Assembly (NCBI RefSeq): GCF_037042905.1
Contig: NC_087251.1
Location: 37,822,001-37,882,000 of the forward strand
From: Lytechinus pictus
Taxonomy: Eukaryota
DNA: 60,000 nucleotides
Reading direction: 5' to 3'
The notes beneath the pieces are model-generated. The model ran no database searches and was not told the origin of the DNA. It was given only the letters and a program-made list of their open reading frames with translations. Both the position numbers and the translations under genes were made by a program. Of this stretch, positions 1 to 13,039 are shown piece after piece. The stretch's first letter is position 1. Every line of letters begins with the position of its first letter.

Positions 1-195
1 CACCCCCTTTTATCCATTGTGACCCCCCCCCTTTTATCCATTGTGACCCCCTGACCACACCCCCTTTTATCCATTGTGACCCCCTGACCACACCCCCCTT
101 TTATCCATTGTGACCCCCTGACCACCCCCCCTTTTTATCCATTGTGACCCCCTGACCACCCTATTATATCCATTGTGACCCCCTGACCACCCCTT
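1..195 (+). repeat. Minisatellite, ~33-36 bp unit (cccttttatccattgtgaccccctgacca), truncated by the window start
   Basis: About six direct copies visible. Confidence 0.92.
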
Positions 196-204
196 TCTGT
201 TCAG

Positions 205-345
205 GGGCCCATTTCATAAAGTTATAGCTTTGCCATTATGGCAACTACCATGGCAACCTTGATTTTGATTGGCTGCTGAGCCCTGTTACCATAGTTGCCA
301 CAATGGCAAAGTTACAACAGTTGTAACTCTTTATGTAATGGACCC
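205..345. mobile_element. Short MITE with CAG target duplication (Harbinger-like)
   Basis: TIR gggcccatttcataaag / ctttatgtaatggaccc, flanked by cag...cag. Confidence 0.7.
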
Positions 346-487
346 CAGGTTTCAGAAATTTATCTATTTTATATATGATTGCAAAGTATTTTAAGATTTG
401 AAAGCTAAAATGGAAAATTGAACTGAATACAAAAGTCCTTAAGAACGGAAGTTTTAAATTGGGGAAAAATAAGACAAATTAAAATAC

Positions 488-602
488 TAATAATAAAGGT
501 ATATTTACCCAGGGTAGCCACTTCAGTTCCGAAAACTGTTCTCCCAGCGGGCCCTGCTATTATTACCCGGCTAAGCTAGGCTACCTATTCGGTGCACACA
601 GC
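488..602 (-). mobile_element. SINE/LINE 3' tail fragment
   Basis: Reverse complement ends GCTACCCTGGGTAAATATACC followed by (TTA)n; a related tail is at 6740-6780. Confidence 0.55.
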
Positions 603-1029
603 TTCCAATTGCTAAAACACATTTTCGCTGGATAAAGTATTAAAATCCATCACTTTGAACTCTGATTTAAGTAGCCCGAATATTTTTATTTTCATTTTGT
701 GTATTATTTTCCTTTGCCTCTATTCCAAATCTTTTGCTATTCACTTTCATGCAGTTCCAAAAATGCTGATAAATCCCACATATATAACTGGGAATGTTTC
801 ATAGTAGAGTGATATATAAAAAAATAATAGCAATGTTTCAACTTAAACCAGAGTTCAGAAAGAGTAAATGACCCTGACATAGAGAGGGGGGAGGTACCTG
901 ATTGTCAAAAGTTCCAAAGTGGAAATAGCGGAATCTGATACAATTTTTCTGAATATTATGTCAAAGTTGTCACATTTTCAAAAGGGTCATTTTTGTAATA
1001 AAATTATGCAACAATGTTTTATGCTGCAA

Positions 1030-1240
1030 ATTATCACCCCGGCTTTAGCACGGCTACCTTGATCGGGCGCTCGAGTATTCAGGGAATACTTTCCTACCGG
1101 GTATCCATTTACTACACTTGGGTGGAGAGTGGCACATGTAAATAAATGCCTTGCCCAAAAGACGCGAGTGCTGCGGTGGGATTTGAGCCCAGGATTTTGT
1201 GGTTCAAACTTCAGAGACTTTTATTCACCTAGTCACAACT
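1030..1240 (-). mobile_element. Degenerate tRNA-derived SINE
   Basis: Reverse complement has a B-box-like gctcaaatccc and the core ccactctccacccaagtg...aatgg shared with the SINE at 12417. Confidence 0.65.
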
Positions 1241-2477
1241 TTATATTTGCCCACGCGCCATAATATTCAGAAAATTATGAAATGATATCAAATTTCTTTA
1301 TTCCTTTTACTACTTCTTTTTCTCATGATCGTGGAACTAAAATGATATTTTACTGGTGCATGGTGTGATATGACATGTGATAAGCGAGTAGGGTGAGAGA
1401 GAGTACAGCGTGTTAAGAGAGGTGGGAAGGCTACGTGGGGAGATAACGGAACAAAATATATTAGAATGCAAGATGTATGTTGAAATCATCCAAATGAAAT
1501 TATGCCGGAAGAGTAAATTGGTTACTGTGGAAGACAGATCTCAGAGCAGAAATGGATGCTTAATTTTAACGGGATTGCGTAGAAGATGAGGTGTACAAAG
1601 AGATGCTGAATAGAGTGGCTAAGAGAAAGGCGTGTGTCAATGAGAAAGTGCTAGGGATGGTAATAAATGGTGGATACAGGGATGAGGAATAGAGAAATGT
1701 TACCAAAAAAGAATAGGATCCTGAAAACAGATCATTTTCATCCAACACATATTTTTCTTTGTACATGTATATACATTTACATGAATAGTCATTAACGATA
1801 TCTGAGATTTGTGACTTTTTTTTATAGAATAAAAACATTTTCAATAGAGTTGGATTAAAAGTAACCTTTTTAAAGCTGAAATTTTCGTCGTTTTAATTCT
1901 AATTTTAATTCTGTTATTCATTTATGTTACAAACAATTAGCAAAAGAGTATCACAGAAAGTCACAAAGATCTATTTGTATCTTGTGTCACTTTTTAGTAT
2001 TAAAATAGAAAAAGACAAGCGAACTCATGTTTGGAACAATTAGTGTTACCCTTCACAAGAAACAAAACAAAAGTCAATGCGAATAAATCGCATATTTGCT
2101 CAGCTAAAAAATTCTGGATTTTTGAAAAATTTATGAGATAAACTGAACACTGACAGGAAGATGACCCTAAACGGAATTAATTCATTTCCAGGTCAAATCT
2201 GATTCAGGATAACTTTAAGAGTGAACATGCAGTTAAGATGAGCAAGATAATGATGAATGGACAGTGACAAAAAAGGGGTTAGAAAACTGAGAAAAGCATG
2301 ATAAGGGGATTATTTTGACAAACAACAAATAAAAACACACAGACAAAATCAGACAGTGTCATTTAATCATGATTACAAAAAGTCCAGTCAAAATTTTGGA
2401 TCAGCTTCATGAAACGTACCCAGCCATCATGATCATGTACATGTAATCAATAAATAATCTGTATACATGTACCTTGC

Positions 2478-2882
2478 GAAGTCCACCCCAACCAAAATTT
2501 GGTTTGAATTAAAAAGAAAATCGAATGCGTATAACGTTGAAAATTATGATTTTAAAAAAACCCGGATCTCAAATGAGAAAGGTAAAACATTGTAAGTTTC
2601 GCTTAATTTCACAAATCAGTTATATGCACGTTCTGGTTGTGATACAGAAGGAATAATGACATCTTATGATTATTTGAAATAAGAAATATATACATTTTTT
2701 CTTCAATATAATGTAAAACAGTTTCCATGTGCGCCATTGAATAATTGGCAACTGGATATCGGCGCCTCATAAGTGCGATAAAATACAAAATTACCGTTGT
2801 AACCTTATTGTGATTCGATAAAGATTGAATTATTGTACATTTCATACAATTCAAATCAACTTTTTGTCGGGATGGACTTTAA
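2478..2882. mobile_element. Degenerate MITE, same family as 26976-27572
   Basis: Ends aagtccacccc / gggatggactt; internal similarity. Confidence 0.65.
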
Positions 2883-4618
2883 ATTTCACACAAGTGTTTA
2901 TTGAAGGGGTTAATTTTCAAAACAGCCGTATGGTCTAGGGTGGTTTCATGAAACAAAAATTCGCTCTGAGCCAATCAGATGCAATGATTTCAGTAACTTT
3001 AAATACGCAGTAAAAAAAAATCACTGGCTATTTGTTTCAGGAATGTTAATAAAAAGTGGACTAGCAATAGTGGTCCAAGTGAGCAGCAGCGTATTTTGAA
3101 TATTAGATATCTTCATTTCGTTTTATTTTGACTTGACTTAAAAATACATCATGAAAATATAAAAATCATTTACAAATAAAAATTGGTAGAATTTACTAAT
3201 ATTCTGAACATACCAAAATTGACTTCTGTTTTTTCAAATACCTTTTTTAAAAGTACTTTGAGAAAGTGAATTCGACTTCAGCGCACTGTAACCTATATAT
3301 GGCGGTCAAAATGGCAATGAGGGGGGGGGGATTAAAAGACTAATTAAAATCAATTTAGATGTGCGACGCAATGAGCTTGGTGCATTACTATCAGTCCATG
3401 AATTGTCTTCTGTTGGCCATTCTTGAAGCACGAATTATTAATTGCCATAAAAGAACTGCACTCAAACTGAATTGTTCTCTATAGGATCGGAGCAGTTAGG
3501 GGTTTGGGATCGACTCGTGTTTTTTTTTTCAAGTATAAGACAATTAGATTGCCAAATATTTATAACTGCAAAACAATAATCTATTTGCAACCGGTGTCAA
3601 ATAAAGTTATATTCAAGAAACGTCAATGTATTTTGAGAGGATCAAGATGACGTTGTGCTTTTTTCCTCAATTGTTTTTCTCACTGACAATTCATACATGG
3701 CCCAGATTATTTTTGCTCTCATTTCATCCTGGTAGATTAAAAGGTTGTCGATTGAAGGCAGAAAATAAGATAGTGAGCAATAAAACTTTCTGGAATTGCA
3801 AATTACGCGTCCATGGGTTACTTGGAAGACACATTCATTAACGCACAGAGTGAATGGATGAACAAAATGTTTAACCGAATTAATTTCCATTAATGCATTT
3901 CATGTCGTGCATGGGGAAATGTGCTCAGAACTAAACAACAATGCTTGGATCACACCAACAGAAAAATGCTAATGAGGGGGGTGGGCTTCATGAATGCATA
4001 TTAACACACCCGGCGCATGTCATAACCCATTTAAAGTATTTGTGTTCTTCTTTGGAAGCCCTTAGTCAGCACTGTGAAACCGACTTCATCTTTACATTGC
4101 ATCTGTATGTATTCCCAACATCTTACAATAATTTATAGGAAATCTTTGTCAGATATACTAGATAATAACTATCAGACCATAATTCATTAAATTCAGAGAA
4201 AATTATTTGTTTCACAAAATCATGATAATATATATTTTTTTAATGTGAATACTACACCAATATTGTTATTGTAGAAATTATTCAGGTTCTCATTTTATAC
4301 ATAATTAAAACATCTTCATCACTCGAAAAAAAAAATGAAAAAGGATATTATTGTACCATCTGTATATTAACAGATAAGATAAATTATTTCACATCCGCCA
4401 CTGATAGATTTTTTTTAAGTTATCACGAAACATTATAAAATTGAAATTTATGCATTTTACGTGGGCCAGATGCTCGTATATGACGTCACAAATAAAAAAC
4501 TGAAAATTTTAAGAACTATCTTAATCTTAGATGGATTTGCCGTTTTTTAAATATATAATAATTTATAAACGTTTGTCTTACACCCCAATAAAAATGTCTC
4601 GCAACACCCGGGAATTTA

Positions 4619-4834
4619 CACTCTAAAAACAAATCAGTCAAACTTGACTAGTTAATAGGGTCAGCTGGGTGCAACTATTATTCTAGTCATATTTGACAAT
4701 TTTCTGGTCGTATTTTACTAAAACAGGGTTATTTCTTACTAGAATATGTCAGAAATGTGACTAGTGATTGTCATATATCAGTCGCACCCGGCTGACTACT
4801 GGTATAGTCAATTTGACTGATTTGTTTTAAGAGT
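4619..4834. mobile_element. Palindromic MITE (CACTC-type terminus)
   Basis: actctaaaaacaaatcagtcaaa vs tttgactgatttgttttaagagt, long imperfect arms. Confidence 0.75.
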
Positions 4835-4962
4835 CAGATCATCATTGAAGGCTCAATCAACCCATTAGTGAGTTGAATTCAATAGCTTAAGAAAATCAAA
4901 CCATCCTATAACACTAAAAACATCATCAAAATGGGATATAAAAAAATTAACATTTCGAGGTA

Positions 4963-5143
4963 CAGTCAAACCTGTCTTGGTGGTCACTTGTCTATAATAA
5001 AAAACCGATTTAGTGGCAACAAAAACTGTCTCCGATTTGAAAGGAATTAGTGATATAACCTGCCTGTAAGACCACCTGTCTTTATAATAGTGGCCACCTT
5101 TTTCCTGCTCCTCTTGGGTGGCCTTAATAGAAAGGTTTGACGG
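4963..5143. mobile_element. Tc1/mariner (pogo/Tigger-like) MITE
   Basis: ta-CAGTCAAACCT ... AGGTTTGACGG-ta, TA flanks. Confidence 0.7.
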
Positions 5144-5154
5144 TATTGCTTTAA

Positions 5155-5360
5155 GAGTGTTGCAAGAAAATATTTACAATCAATTGCAAATGTCAGATGC
5201 AAATTGACAAGTGATAAATCAATTTTAACTAAAGCAAATCAATTTTGTTGATACAAGAAGCATACCATCAATCAATATTGCAAATTTGCATGAAATGCGT
5301 GTCAAATGATTTTTGAACCTGAAAATGACTTGCGATCAATTGCAAGTTTCTTGCAACACC
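5155..5360. mobile_element. MITE (tgttgcaagaaa...tttcttgcaaca family; another copy at 33638-33856)
   Basis: Inverted termini and shared caatcaattgcaa motifs. Confidence 0.7.
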
Positions 5361-5388
5361 ATATTAGTTTAACAAAATAGATATGTGC

Positions 5389-5532
5389 CTTCAGTGGTCA
5401 TTTCTGTATCCATCGCTAATCTGGCTGCCTGGTCATCGCTGTGTTCGTCGTTGTCGTACTCGACCGCCATAAATTTATTTCCCATTGTAGTGGCATCGAA
5501 GGTTTTGTTGATTTGAGGGAAGACATCAGAAT
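5389..5532 (-). CDS. Putative exon of a second gene (MGNKFMAVEYDNDEHSDDQAARLAMDTEMTTE from ATG 5485)
   Basis: Strong acceptor ttctctgtcttcccctag; GC-rich open frame; donor would be a weak GC type (AAG|GCACAT); no downstream exon found. Confidence 0.35.
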
Positions 5533-6241
5533 CTAGGGGAAGACAGAGAAATGGAGAATTGTACTACACTATGTTAAAACAAAACTTTTGTATATTTTCT
5601 AGAAGAGTTATAGGGCTTATTTTGTAGCAATATTTTTGAGATTGGGAGACGGAAAAATAAATACCCGTTTGATAATATAATCCCCCCGAGCCAACACTCT
5701 CATCTCCTGAAAAAAAGATGAGTAAAATGAATATGTTTACGAATATTATTTATTAAGATTAGGCAGTATGACTGGAGATATTAAAATAACGATTTTCGTC
5801 ATGCAATTATGTTCTGAATTCCTACTAAGAATATTTATAAACAGGATCAATAAGAAATATGAAAATTGAATGCAAGCGCAAAGAGGAGACTATTTTGTTT
5901 AATTTACTGACCTCACATAGGACATTCCAAGAACATTTTTGTCATCGTTGAGAGGAAACATAATCTCTTATATAATGCGAGCTCAAACTTGGTATATGTT
6001 GGCATGAAAATGTTGTTAGCATGAATACGCTAATAATGAAAACGCAAACCGTGAGCTGAAATTCAAATTGATATACTTACCTGAAAACGAACCATTTAAA
6101 CACTTTTGTAATTGTGACCAGGAATTGTGACTGCGATTTGTATGCCACTAAATAAATGGGCAGACCGAACATTATTACTGACCGTGATAATATCTCCGAA
6201 ACAAAACAAAATATGTAGTCAAGCGCCTGCTAAATCTTTGT

Positions 6242-6420
6242 ACAGGGGCCTCGGAACGGTTTAGAGAGAGAGAGAGAGAGGGGGGGGGCTAACCATACAA
6301 AAAATCACAATCAGATGTGCATTTACTGTTTTTGTACACGGTTTTTGAAAAAATGAAAAGAAGGGGGTGAAGCCCGTCCAGCCCCCCCCCCCCCCCCCAT
6401 CGTCGTTTCCGTGGCCCCTG
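6242..6420. mobile_element. Small G/C-run MITE
   Basis: caggggcc...ggcccctg termini with internal polyG/polyC. Confidence 0.6.
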
Positions 6421-6469
6421 TTGCTATATTCAGGCCGGAAATATTGATTGAATTTTGAGCGCCATGTAT

Positions 6470-6782
6470 TCTTATCTCAATGCGCGAGAGACATTTCATA
6501 ACCTGAAACGTTTGCTAAATATCTGCCTACTCCCCCTCCTCTCCTTTTCTTACTTTCCTCCCTCCCTTAATAATTATGTTTATTCCTCTTCTCTTATCCC
6601 TCCCAGCCTGCAGTTTGCTTGTCTCTTTGAACATATTTTCTTCCTTGTTTAATACCTTTTCATTGTCTGTACTTGTTATACGTATGTATTTGTTACTTGT
6701 ATGCAAGGCCCCCAAGAAAAACAGCAGGCTTAGTCCACTGATGGAGTTACCCTGGGTAAACAAAACGAAATAAATAAATAGC
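6470..6782 (+). mobile_element. LINE (CR1/L2-like) 3' end relic
   Basis: Degenerate FHNLKRLL-type ORF2 end, T-rich 3' UTR and (AAAT)n tail. Confidence 0.45.
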
Positions 6783-6979
6783 CTTTTCTTCTTCTTTTTT
6801 ATTGTTGGATGTGGTCATGAAAGGCCCCACGGCAAACCCACTGGACGTGCGCCTCTATACGTTACTGGTTATTGGCATATTATTGATAACATTATTTTAT
6901 TCCTATATGAATACAAAACTATGTTATTAACAATTTTGTTAAATATAACTTTACGACCGTTTCGATTCATTCCATCGAC

Positions 6980-7262
6980 AGGGATTTTTCGCACCGTGAC
7001 GCAAGACAGAGTCAAGGACACAGTAAATGTATTGAAAATGTCCGTCAAAATAATGACAAGCTGAGAGGTCATCTTTGTCGAAAATTGGTCAACCGGAACA
7101 GCAGTTGTATCCCAAGTTTCGGAGCTGATGAAAAATGGCAAATATGTCGTTTTTTCAAATTTTCGACAAAGGCTTATCTTGGTTGTTCATTGTCATGGAG
7201 AGCATTTAGCGATTTTTTTCCCCCATGTTCTTGAATCTGTCGTGCGTCGTGGAGCGAAAACA
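6980..7262. mobile_element. Palindromic MITE, copy A (copy B at 7813-8128)
   Basis: ttttcgcaccgtgacgca / tgcgtcgtggagcgaaaa termini; directly homologous to 7813-8128. Confidence 0.75.
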
Positions 7263-7309
7263 CACTGATGGATGATTTAGGTTGATGGAGTGGAAATGAA
7301 CGCAACTAA

Positions 7310-7735
7310 TATTGTACATCAATTTGATTAATTGCCATTTGGTCTTTATTTGTTTTGGATACTTTAGGTTTGGTCTTGTCCCTTATCCCTAATCCTAAGT
7401 CGTCTATAACAGTTTTGCTTTTGTTCTAATAACCATTTTACATAATTGCCATTTAGTCCATTTTGTCTAATTTCCAGCTAGTCCATACCATTTCGTCTAA
7501 TCCACTAATTGGTCTATCACCACTTAGTCTATATCATTACATAATAATGGGCCTACTGTTGATTAAAATTAAAAGACGAGTTGGAAAGCAGACCATAATT
7601 TATATGGGCATTATGACAAATAGACTAATCTGGTATTATACCAAGTGCAGTAAGAGACCGAACGACAGCTAGAACAAATTGATTGTTGACAAAATGGGTT
7701 TAGTCCACGTGGTATTAGAAAAATAGACCAACTGC
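7310..7735. mobile_element. Foldback element of short degenerate repeats (related copy at 51133-51530)
   Basis: ttggtct/ttagtc repeats on the left arm, agacca/agacta on the right arm. Confidence 0.6.
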
Positions 7736-7812
7736 TTGCAAGTGAATATAAACCTTAAAATATTACCTCTCTATATCCTCAATGTTGCGATTGTTTCCCT
7801 TACGAACGTACG

Positions 7813-8128
7813 GAGTTTTCGCAATCGCGACGCATAACGGATTCAAGCACACATAAAATATATATATTCAAAATGCTCGTCAAATGACAATAAACAGCTG
7901 GAAGGTCTTTGTCGAAAATTTGAACGGAACAGCAGTTTTGTTCTGAGTTTCGGAGCTGACGAAATATTGCAAATATGTCGTTTGTCCAGATTCCAAGACA
8001 AAACTGCTCTTTTGATTCATCAAATTTCGACAAAGACTTCTTAGTTACTCTTTGTCATGAAAAGCATTTAATTGTCAATACATTTTCTATGTTCTTGAAT
8101 CCGTCCTGCGCCGTGGTGCGAAAATTCC
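7813..8128. mobile_element. Palindromic MITE, copy B
   Basis: ggagttttcgca ... tgcgaaaattcc; shares tttgtcgaaaatt and agtttcggagctga with copy A. Confidence 0.75.
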
Positions 8129-8370
8129 TTACTACTACCCACCAACACGAAATGTTTCGACACGTCGGCAATGCTATCCTGACAATGGCCCAACTTTAAA
8201 CTAATTAATTATACAGGTGACGCCATTATATTTTGATGGGGGGGGGGGGGGAGCCGACCTGAATGGCACATTTTTACTTAATTGAAAATATACGAGTATT
8301 ACACAACCAAGATCGACCTAACCTTTTTTCTGCTATCCTTCATTCTTTCTCTTTCTCCCAACTTTCTTAA

Positions 8371-9094
8371 CTCTAATAAGACTAGGACCGGGGCCGGATT
8401 CAGCCCCCTCGACATTTTTCGCGATAAATCCGACGCGCAAATTTCTTTGACCGCGTTGCTCACTTTCAAGTCTCGCGCAACATTTGAGACAAAAATTGTG
8501 ACCCCGGGTATGCGGTTCCAAAATAACGCAACATTTCATAAGTGCATACAGACCCAAAATTACTCAAAATCGTGAATTCTTGTAAAAATCCAATGCACAT
8601 AATGTTTTTAGCCAAAATTGATAACTGTATCACAATTTTTCCTTTTACTGACTAAAATCAATTACTTTCATCTTGTTAATGGTCAAAATAAATTCGTCGA
8701 CAATATCCATTGAAAAACAATATAAAACAAAAGTTGAAGAACAAAGAAATACACAAGAAAATAAATGTGATGATGAATTTTTTTAAGGTACATTACTTTT
8801 GATCAGATTCTTGTTAAGAGTTTGTGAACCCAAAATTGGCATTTTAGGGGCATATTAAGTTAAAGCATTTTTTATATTTTACTCATGAACTAGCACAATT
8901 TTTAGCAATGAGAATTTTTCGCAGAATTTGATCTTGTCTTGTAGATTATGCCATGGGTATCGCGCTTGCCAATTTTCGTCGTGATCGCGCGATCGACGGC
9001 TGAGATCACAAGGGGGGGGGGGGGCGCTGAATCACCCGGCTGAATCACCCCCTAGTCTTCTTATAGGCATCGAAATAGCCCGGTCTATTTAGGG
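8371..9094. mobile_element. Non-autonomous piggyBac-like element
   Basis: ttaa-CTCTAATAAGAC left end, GTCTATTTAGGG-tgaa right end; subterminal ttcagcccc/gctgaatc. Confidence 0.6.
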
Positions 9095-9379
9095 TGAACC
9101 CCCCCCCTCCCTTTTTTTCCACGAATAAAAAATAAAAACATATAGGGGGAAATCACCTGCCCCCTGTAGTGCTGCGGCTCCTTTTTTAGATACACTATAT
9201 CTTGATGTTTGAAATATGAAGGAGGCTTAAAAGATTGCATATGGGCATATGCAACATAAACAGTACAGGAATCAAGCAGGTGTTTCATTATGAATCAATA
9301 GCTTCTGGTCGATCAAAGATGCTAGAGACACGATAGAAGAGATGGGATATTGTCTATGAAGTAAATAATGGTTGATTAA

Positions 9380-9827
9380 AGGGGAAGTTCACCCTGAAGA
9401 AAAGTTTGTTGTAAAAAAGCAGAAAAATAACAAGAAATATTGGTGAAGATTTGAAGAAAATCTACTAATGATTAAGAAAGTTATTATAGAATTTTAAGGT
9501 TTGGATTTGTGACGTCATTAACTAGCAGCTGCCCCATACAATATAAAATGCATGAATTTCATTTTTTAATGTTCCTGATGACTTACTTTTATTTTCTATT
9601 CATGATCGGGTGTGAAATGATTTGTTTATTGATATACAAAAGGTACAGTAATATCTAATTTTCTGAGAAAATGACATTTCATTGAATTTCTACCATTCGT
9701 TATGTAGGAATGTTGCTCGCATATGACGTCACAAATCAGATAATTGAAATTCTAATAACTTTTTTATTCTTTCATGGATTTTTCTGCTCTTTTTACATTA
9801 AACTTTTTGTCAGGGTGAACTACCCCT
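9380..9827. mobile_element. TTAA-target MITE (Kolobok/T2-type)
   Basis: ttaa-AGGGGAAGTTCACCCTGA ... TCAGGGTGAACTACCCCT-ttaa; fragments also near 4200-4560 and 39260-39425. Confidence 0.85.
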
Positions 9828-10551
9828 TTAATATAATCCCTAAGGGAATGGAAGGTGGCAATAGGTTTAAGATGCATACAATCAAGTGATACTCGCAGAA
9901 CTCACTCCTTATTACTATTCTTGTTCCATAATTTTGTCTCCGTCTTTCTACTTCTCAACTTTTCCCCCTTTTTCTTGTCCATCTTTCATCTTCATCTTCT
10001 CTATCTTCCAATCTGCCTCTCATTCCTATAGTACCCTCCCTTCTCATTCCCCTACTTCCTCCTTCTGTGTTGGCAAACACTCAGCAATTTGAGGAAATAA
10101 AATCATAATGGTATGTATCCAACTTTTCCATGTTATAATATAACTTAAGTCTAAGATAATTGTGATTTTTATATTTAAGCTTTTTCCATTTTCACGGATG
10201 CGATTCTATCCCTCTCAAAAAATAGGAAACATAATTTATATTCGTTTTGAGAAATTGCTGTTTCTATCAAAATCAATATAATCTTATGAATTTTGAAACA
10301 CAGGTTGGCCTATAGCAGAAGGGCGCGAAATAATGATGGGTACAATTCAGCACAATGTTGTGAGTAAAGTCGATGACCAATTATTGTTTGAGGATTTGCA
10401 TGTATGATTATGTCAAAACATAAGATTATAACCTATACAAGCTACGTTCCTATAATATAGACCTACTAATCAAGTCAAAACGAAATCAGCCATCCATTAT
10501 TATTCTGCAATCAAAATATACAAATATCAGACGTTTGGTTTTAAAACTTAC

Positions 10552-10741
10552 CAGGTTTTCCCAATATGGCGCCCTTCTTGAATCCACCTATTGGCGTTAC
10601 TGCATAGATCAATTTTTTCCACGAAGAAATAGTTGAAGTCGTTTTCGATTTTCTTATGGGTCAACATTATTCAGAAAACTAAAAACCAATAGAATATTAT
10701 GCGACTGGTCACCTTGCTAGACACCTTCTCTTTGAGAAGCT
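10552..10741 (-). other. Putative exon of a second transcript (likely 5' UTR)
   Basis: ttgtttgtgttttacag acceptor and consensus CTG|GTAAGT donor; stops in all frames in the 5' half. Confidence 0.35.
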
Positions 10742-11439
10742 CTGTAAAACACAAACAAGGGCCTACTCCATGTGGTTTGCCTCAGCCGTAAATCTCTTCT
10801 TGAGTATTGGGCTCCTATTTCAGCAAAGAGAAACAGAATTCAAACATTGCCGCCATTACGCGGGATCTTCTTGCCTCGAATCGGTACGTGTATTATTACG
10901 TAATCATTAAACTGATGCCTGGATGCCTCTGAATGCATCGCTCATTCTTTAGAAATCAAGAATGATGGATATCTGAAGAGAAGTGACAGGAGTGGTGCTA
11001 AGGGAGGGGGGGGGGGGGTATGTGCGCGGCTTTAAGCCGGGGGTGTGCCCCTTTGAGATTTTCCAAGTAAGTAGCTATTAGGGGAGGGGGCAAAGAGAAA
11101 AAAAGAGGAAAAGAATCTTTTGAACAAATGAAAGGAGAAATAAATTAATTTGGCTAAGAAATAAAAAAAGGATCTTATCAATTGTTATTAACATAGCGTC
11201 AATCCGATTTCGAAGTACAGATAAAATATCTCCTCTTTTTAAAAACTGAAATAAACATGTTTTAGCAAAAATAATTTGGCAATAATGATCCTAGATCCAA
11301 GGATGACGAAGACCTCATAAGTCATGCATGAGTGAGCACATTTAAAAACAAACTTTAATGCCACTTTTCGAAAGTCACAATAAAAGGCGATTTAAAAAAA
11401 ATGACGAGTAGATGGACAGACTGATTATGCTTGTCGATC

Positions 11440-12950
11440 TACCCATCGTCGCTATAGGGCTTCTCAATTCATCTTTACTCATCTTCTACTTACTGCCACC
11501 AGGACTTCTCAACTCATCTTAATTAATCTACTCATCTGCTACTCACTGCCACCATGACTTCTCAACTCATCTGAACCAATCTTCTCATCTGCTACTAACT
11601 GCCACCAGGACTTCTCAACTCATCTGAACCAATCTACTCATCTGCTACTCACTGCCACCAGGATTTCTCAACTCATCTTAACCAATCTACTCATCTGCTA
11701 CTCACTGCCATCAAGACTTCTCAACTCATCTTAACCAATCTACTCATTGCCATCAGGACTTCTCAAACTATCTGAACCAATCTACCCATCTGCTACTCAC
11801 TGCCACCATGACTTCTCAACTCATCTTAACCAATCTACTCATCTGCTACTCATTGCCATCAAGACTTCTCAACTCATCTTAACCAATCTACTCATCTGCT
11901 ACTCACTGCCATCAGGACTTCTTAACTCATCTGAACCAATCTACTCATCTGCTACTCACTGCCATCAGGACTTCTCAACTCATCTTAACCAATCTACTCA
12001 TCTGCTACTCATTGCCATCAAGACTTCTCAACTCATCTGAACCAATCTACTCATCTGCTACTCACTGCCATCAGGACTTAACTCATCTGAACCAATCTAC
12101 TCATCTGCTACTCATTGCCATCATGACTTCTCAACTCATCTTAACCAATCTACCCATCTGCTACTCATTGCCATCAGGACTTCTCAACTCATCTCAACCA
12201 ATCTACTCATCTGCTACCCACTGCCATCAGGACTTCTCAACTCATCTGAACCAATCTACTCATCTGCTACTCACTGCCATCAGGACTTCTCAACTCATCT
12301 TAACCAATCAACTCATCTGCTACTCACTGCCATCAGGACTTCTCAACTCATCTGAACCAATCTACTCATCTGCTACTCACTGCCATCAGGACTTCTCAAC
12401 TCATCTGAACCAATCTGGAAGCGCCGTGGTGTAGCGGTTCTGACTCTCGCCTTGTAATCAGAGGGTCGTGTGTTCGAATCCCACCATGGTCTAGCGCCCT
12501 TTGGCAAGGCGACAATCCACACATTGCCACTCTCACCCAGGTGCTAATTGGGTACTGGTAGGAAACAAACGTCATTGTGGTTGGTTTAGCAAGTGTGCGC
12601 CTAACAGGCTGCTTGAAATGCTATGAATCCAGTGACCGGGTAATAATAATTGTGAAGCGCTTTGAACAGTCATAGATTGATAAAGCGCTATATAAATGCC
12701 AATCATTATCATTATTATTATTATTATCTGATACCCACTGCCACCAGGACTTCTCAACTCATCTCTGTTAACTCATCTACTCTTCTGCTACTCGCCGCCA
12801 CCATCTTTATAATTTCATCTCACCCCATCTATTCATCTGCTATTCACCTCCGCCAGGAATTCTCATCTCATCTCAATTCATTTACTCATCTGCTACTCAC
12901 TGCTGACGACTCCTCATCTGCTATTTCACTGCCACGAAAACTTCTCATCA
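11440..12950 (+). repeat. 53-bp minisatellite (~18 units plus ~4 degenerate units), interrupted by a SINE
   Basis: Unit ccaatctactcatctgctactcactgccatcaggacttctcaactcatctgaa; period measured from 12304 to 12357. Confidence 0.95.
12417..12726 (+). mobile_element. Full-length tRNA-derived SINE with an L2/CR1-type tail
   Basis: A box TGGTGTAGCGG, B box GTTCGAATCC, tail AAAGCGCTATATAAAT followed by (ATT)n. Confidence 0.9.
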
Positions 12951-13039
12951 GAGCTATTCACAGCCGCCATTTGCGCATTTGTTGTTTATTTCCATCAGCA
13001 TTTTGCCTCTTACGAAGGGTTGCTGATTCTCTCTTCATA

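Noticed and set aside
1375..1730. Purine-rich coding-like stretch
   Set aside because: Multiple stops and no diagnostic motif; possibly an old LINE fragment but unsupported
11440..12416. Regular repeat array as a CRISPR, or the 97/140-aa repeat ORFs as genes
   Set aside because: Head-to-tail 53-bp units with no unique spacers; the period is not a multiple of 3; eukaryotic context
12417..12490. tRNA genes (also 13431-13505 and 38971-39040)
   Set aside because: A/B boxes are present but there is no proper cloverleaf; each continues into a SINE body and tail
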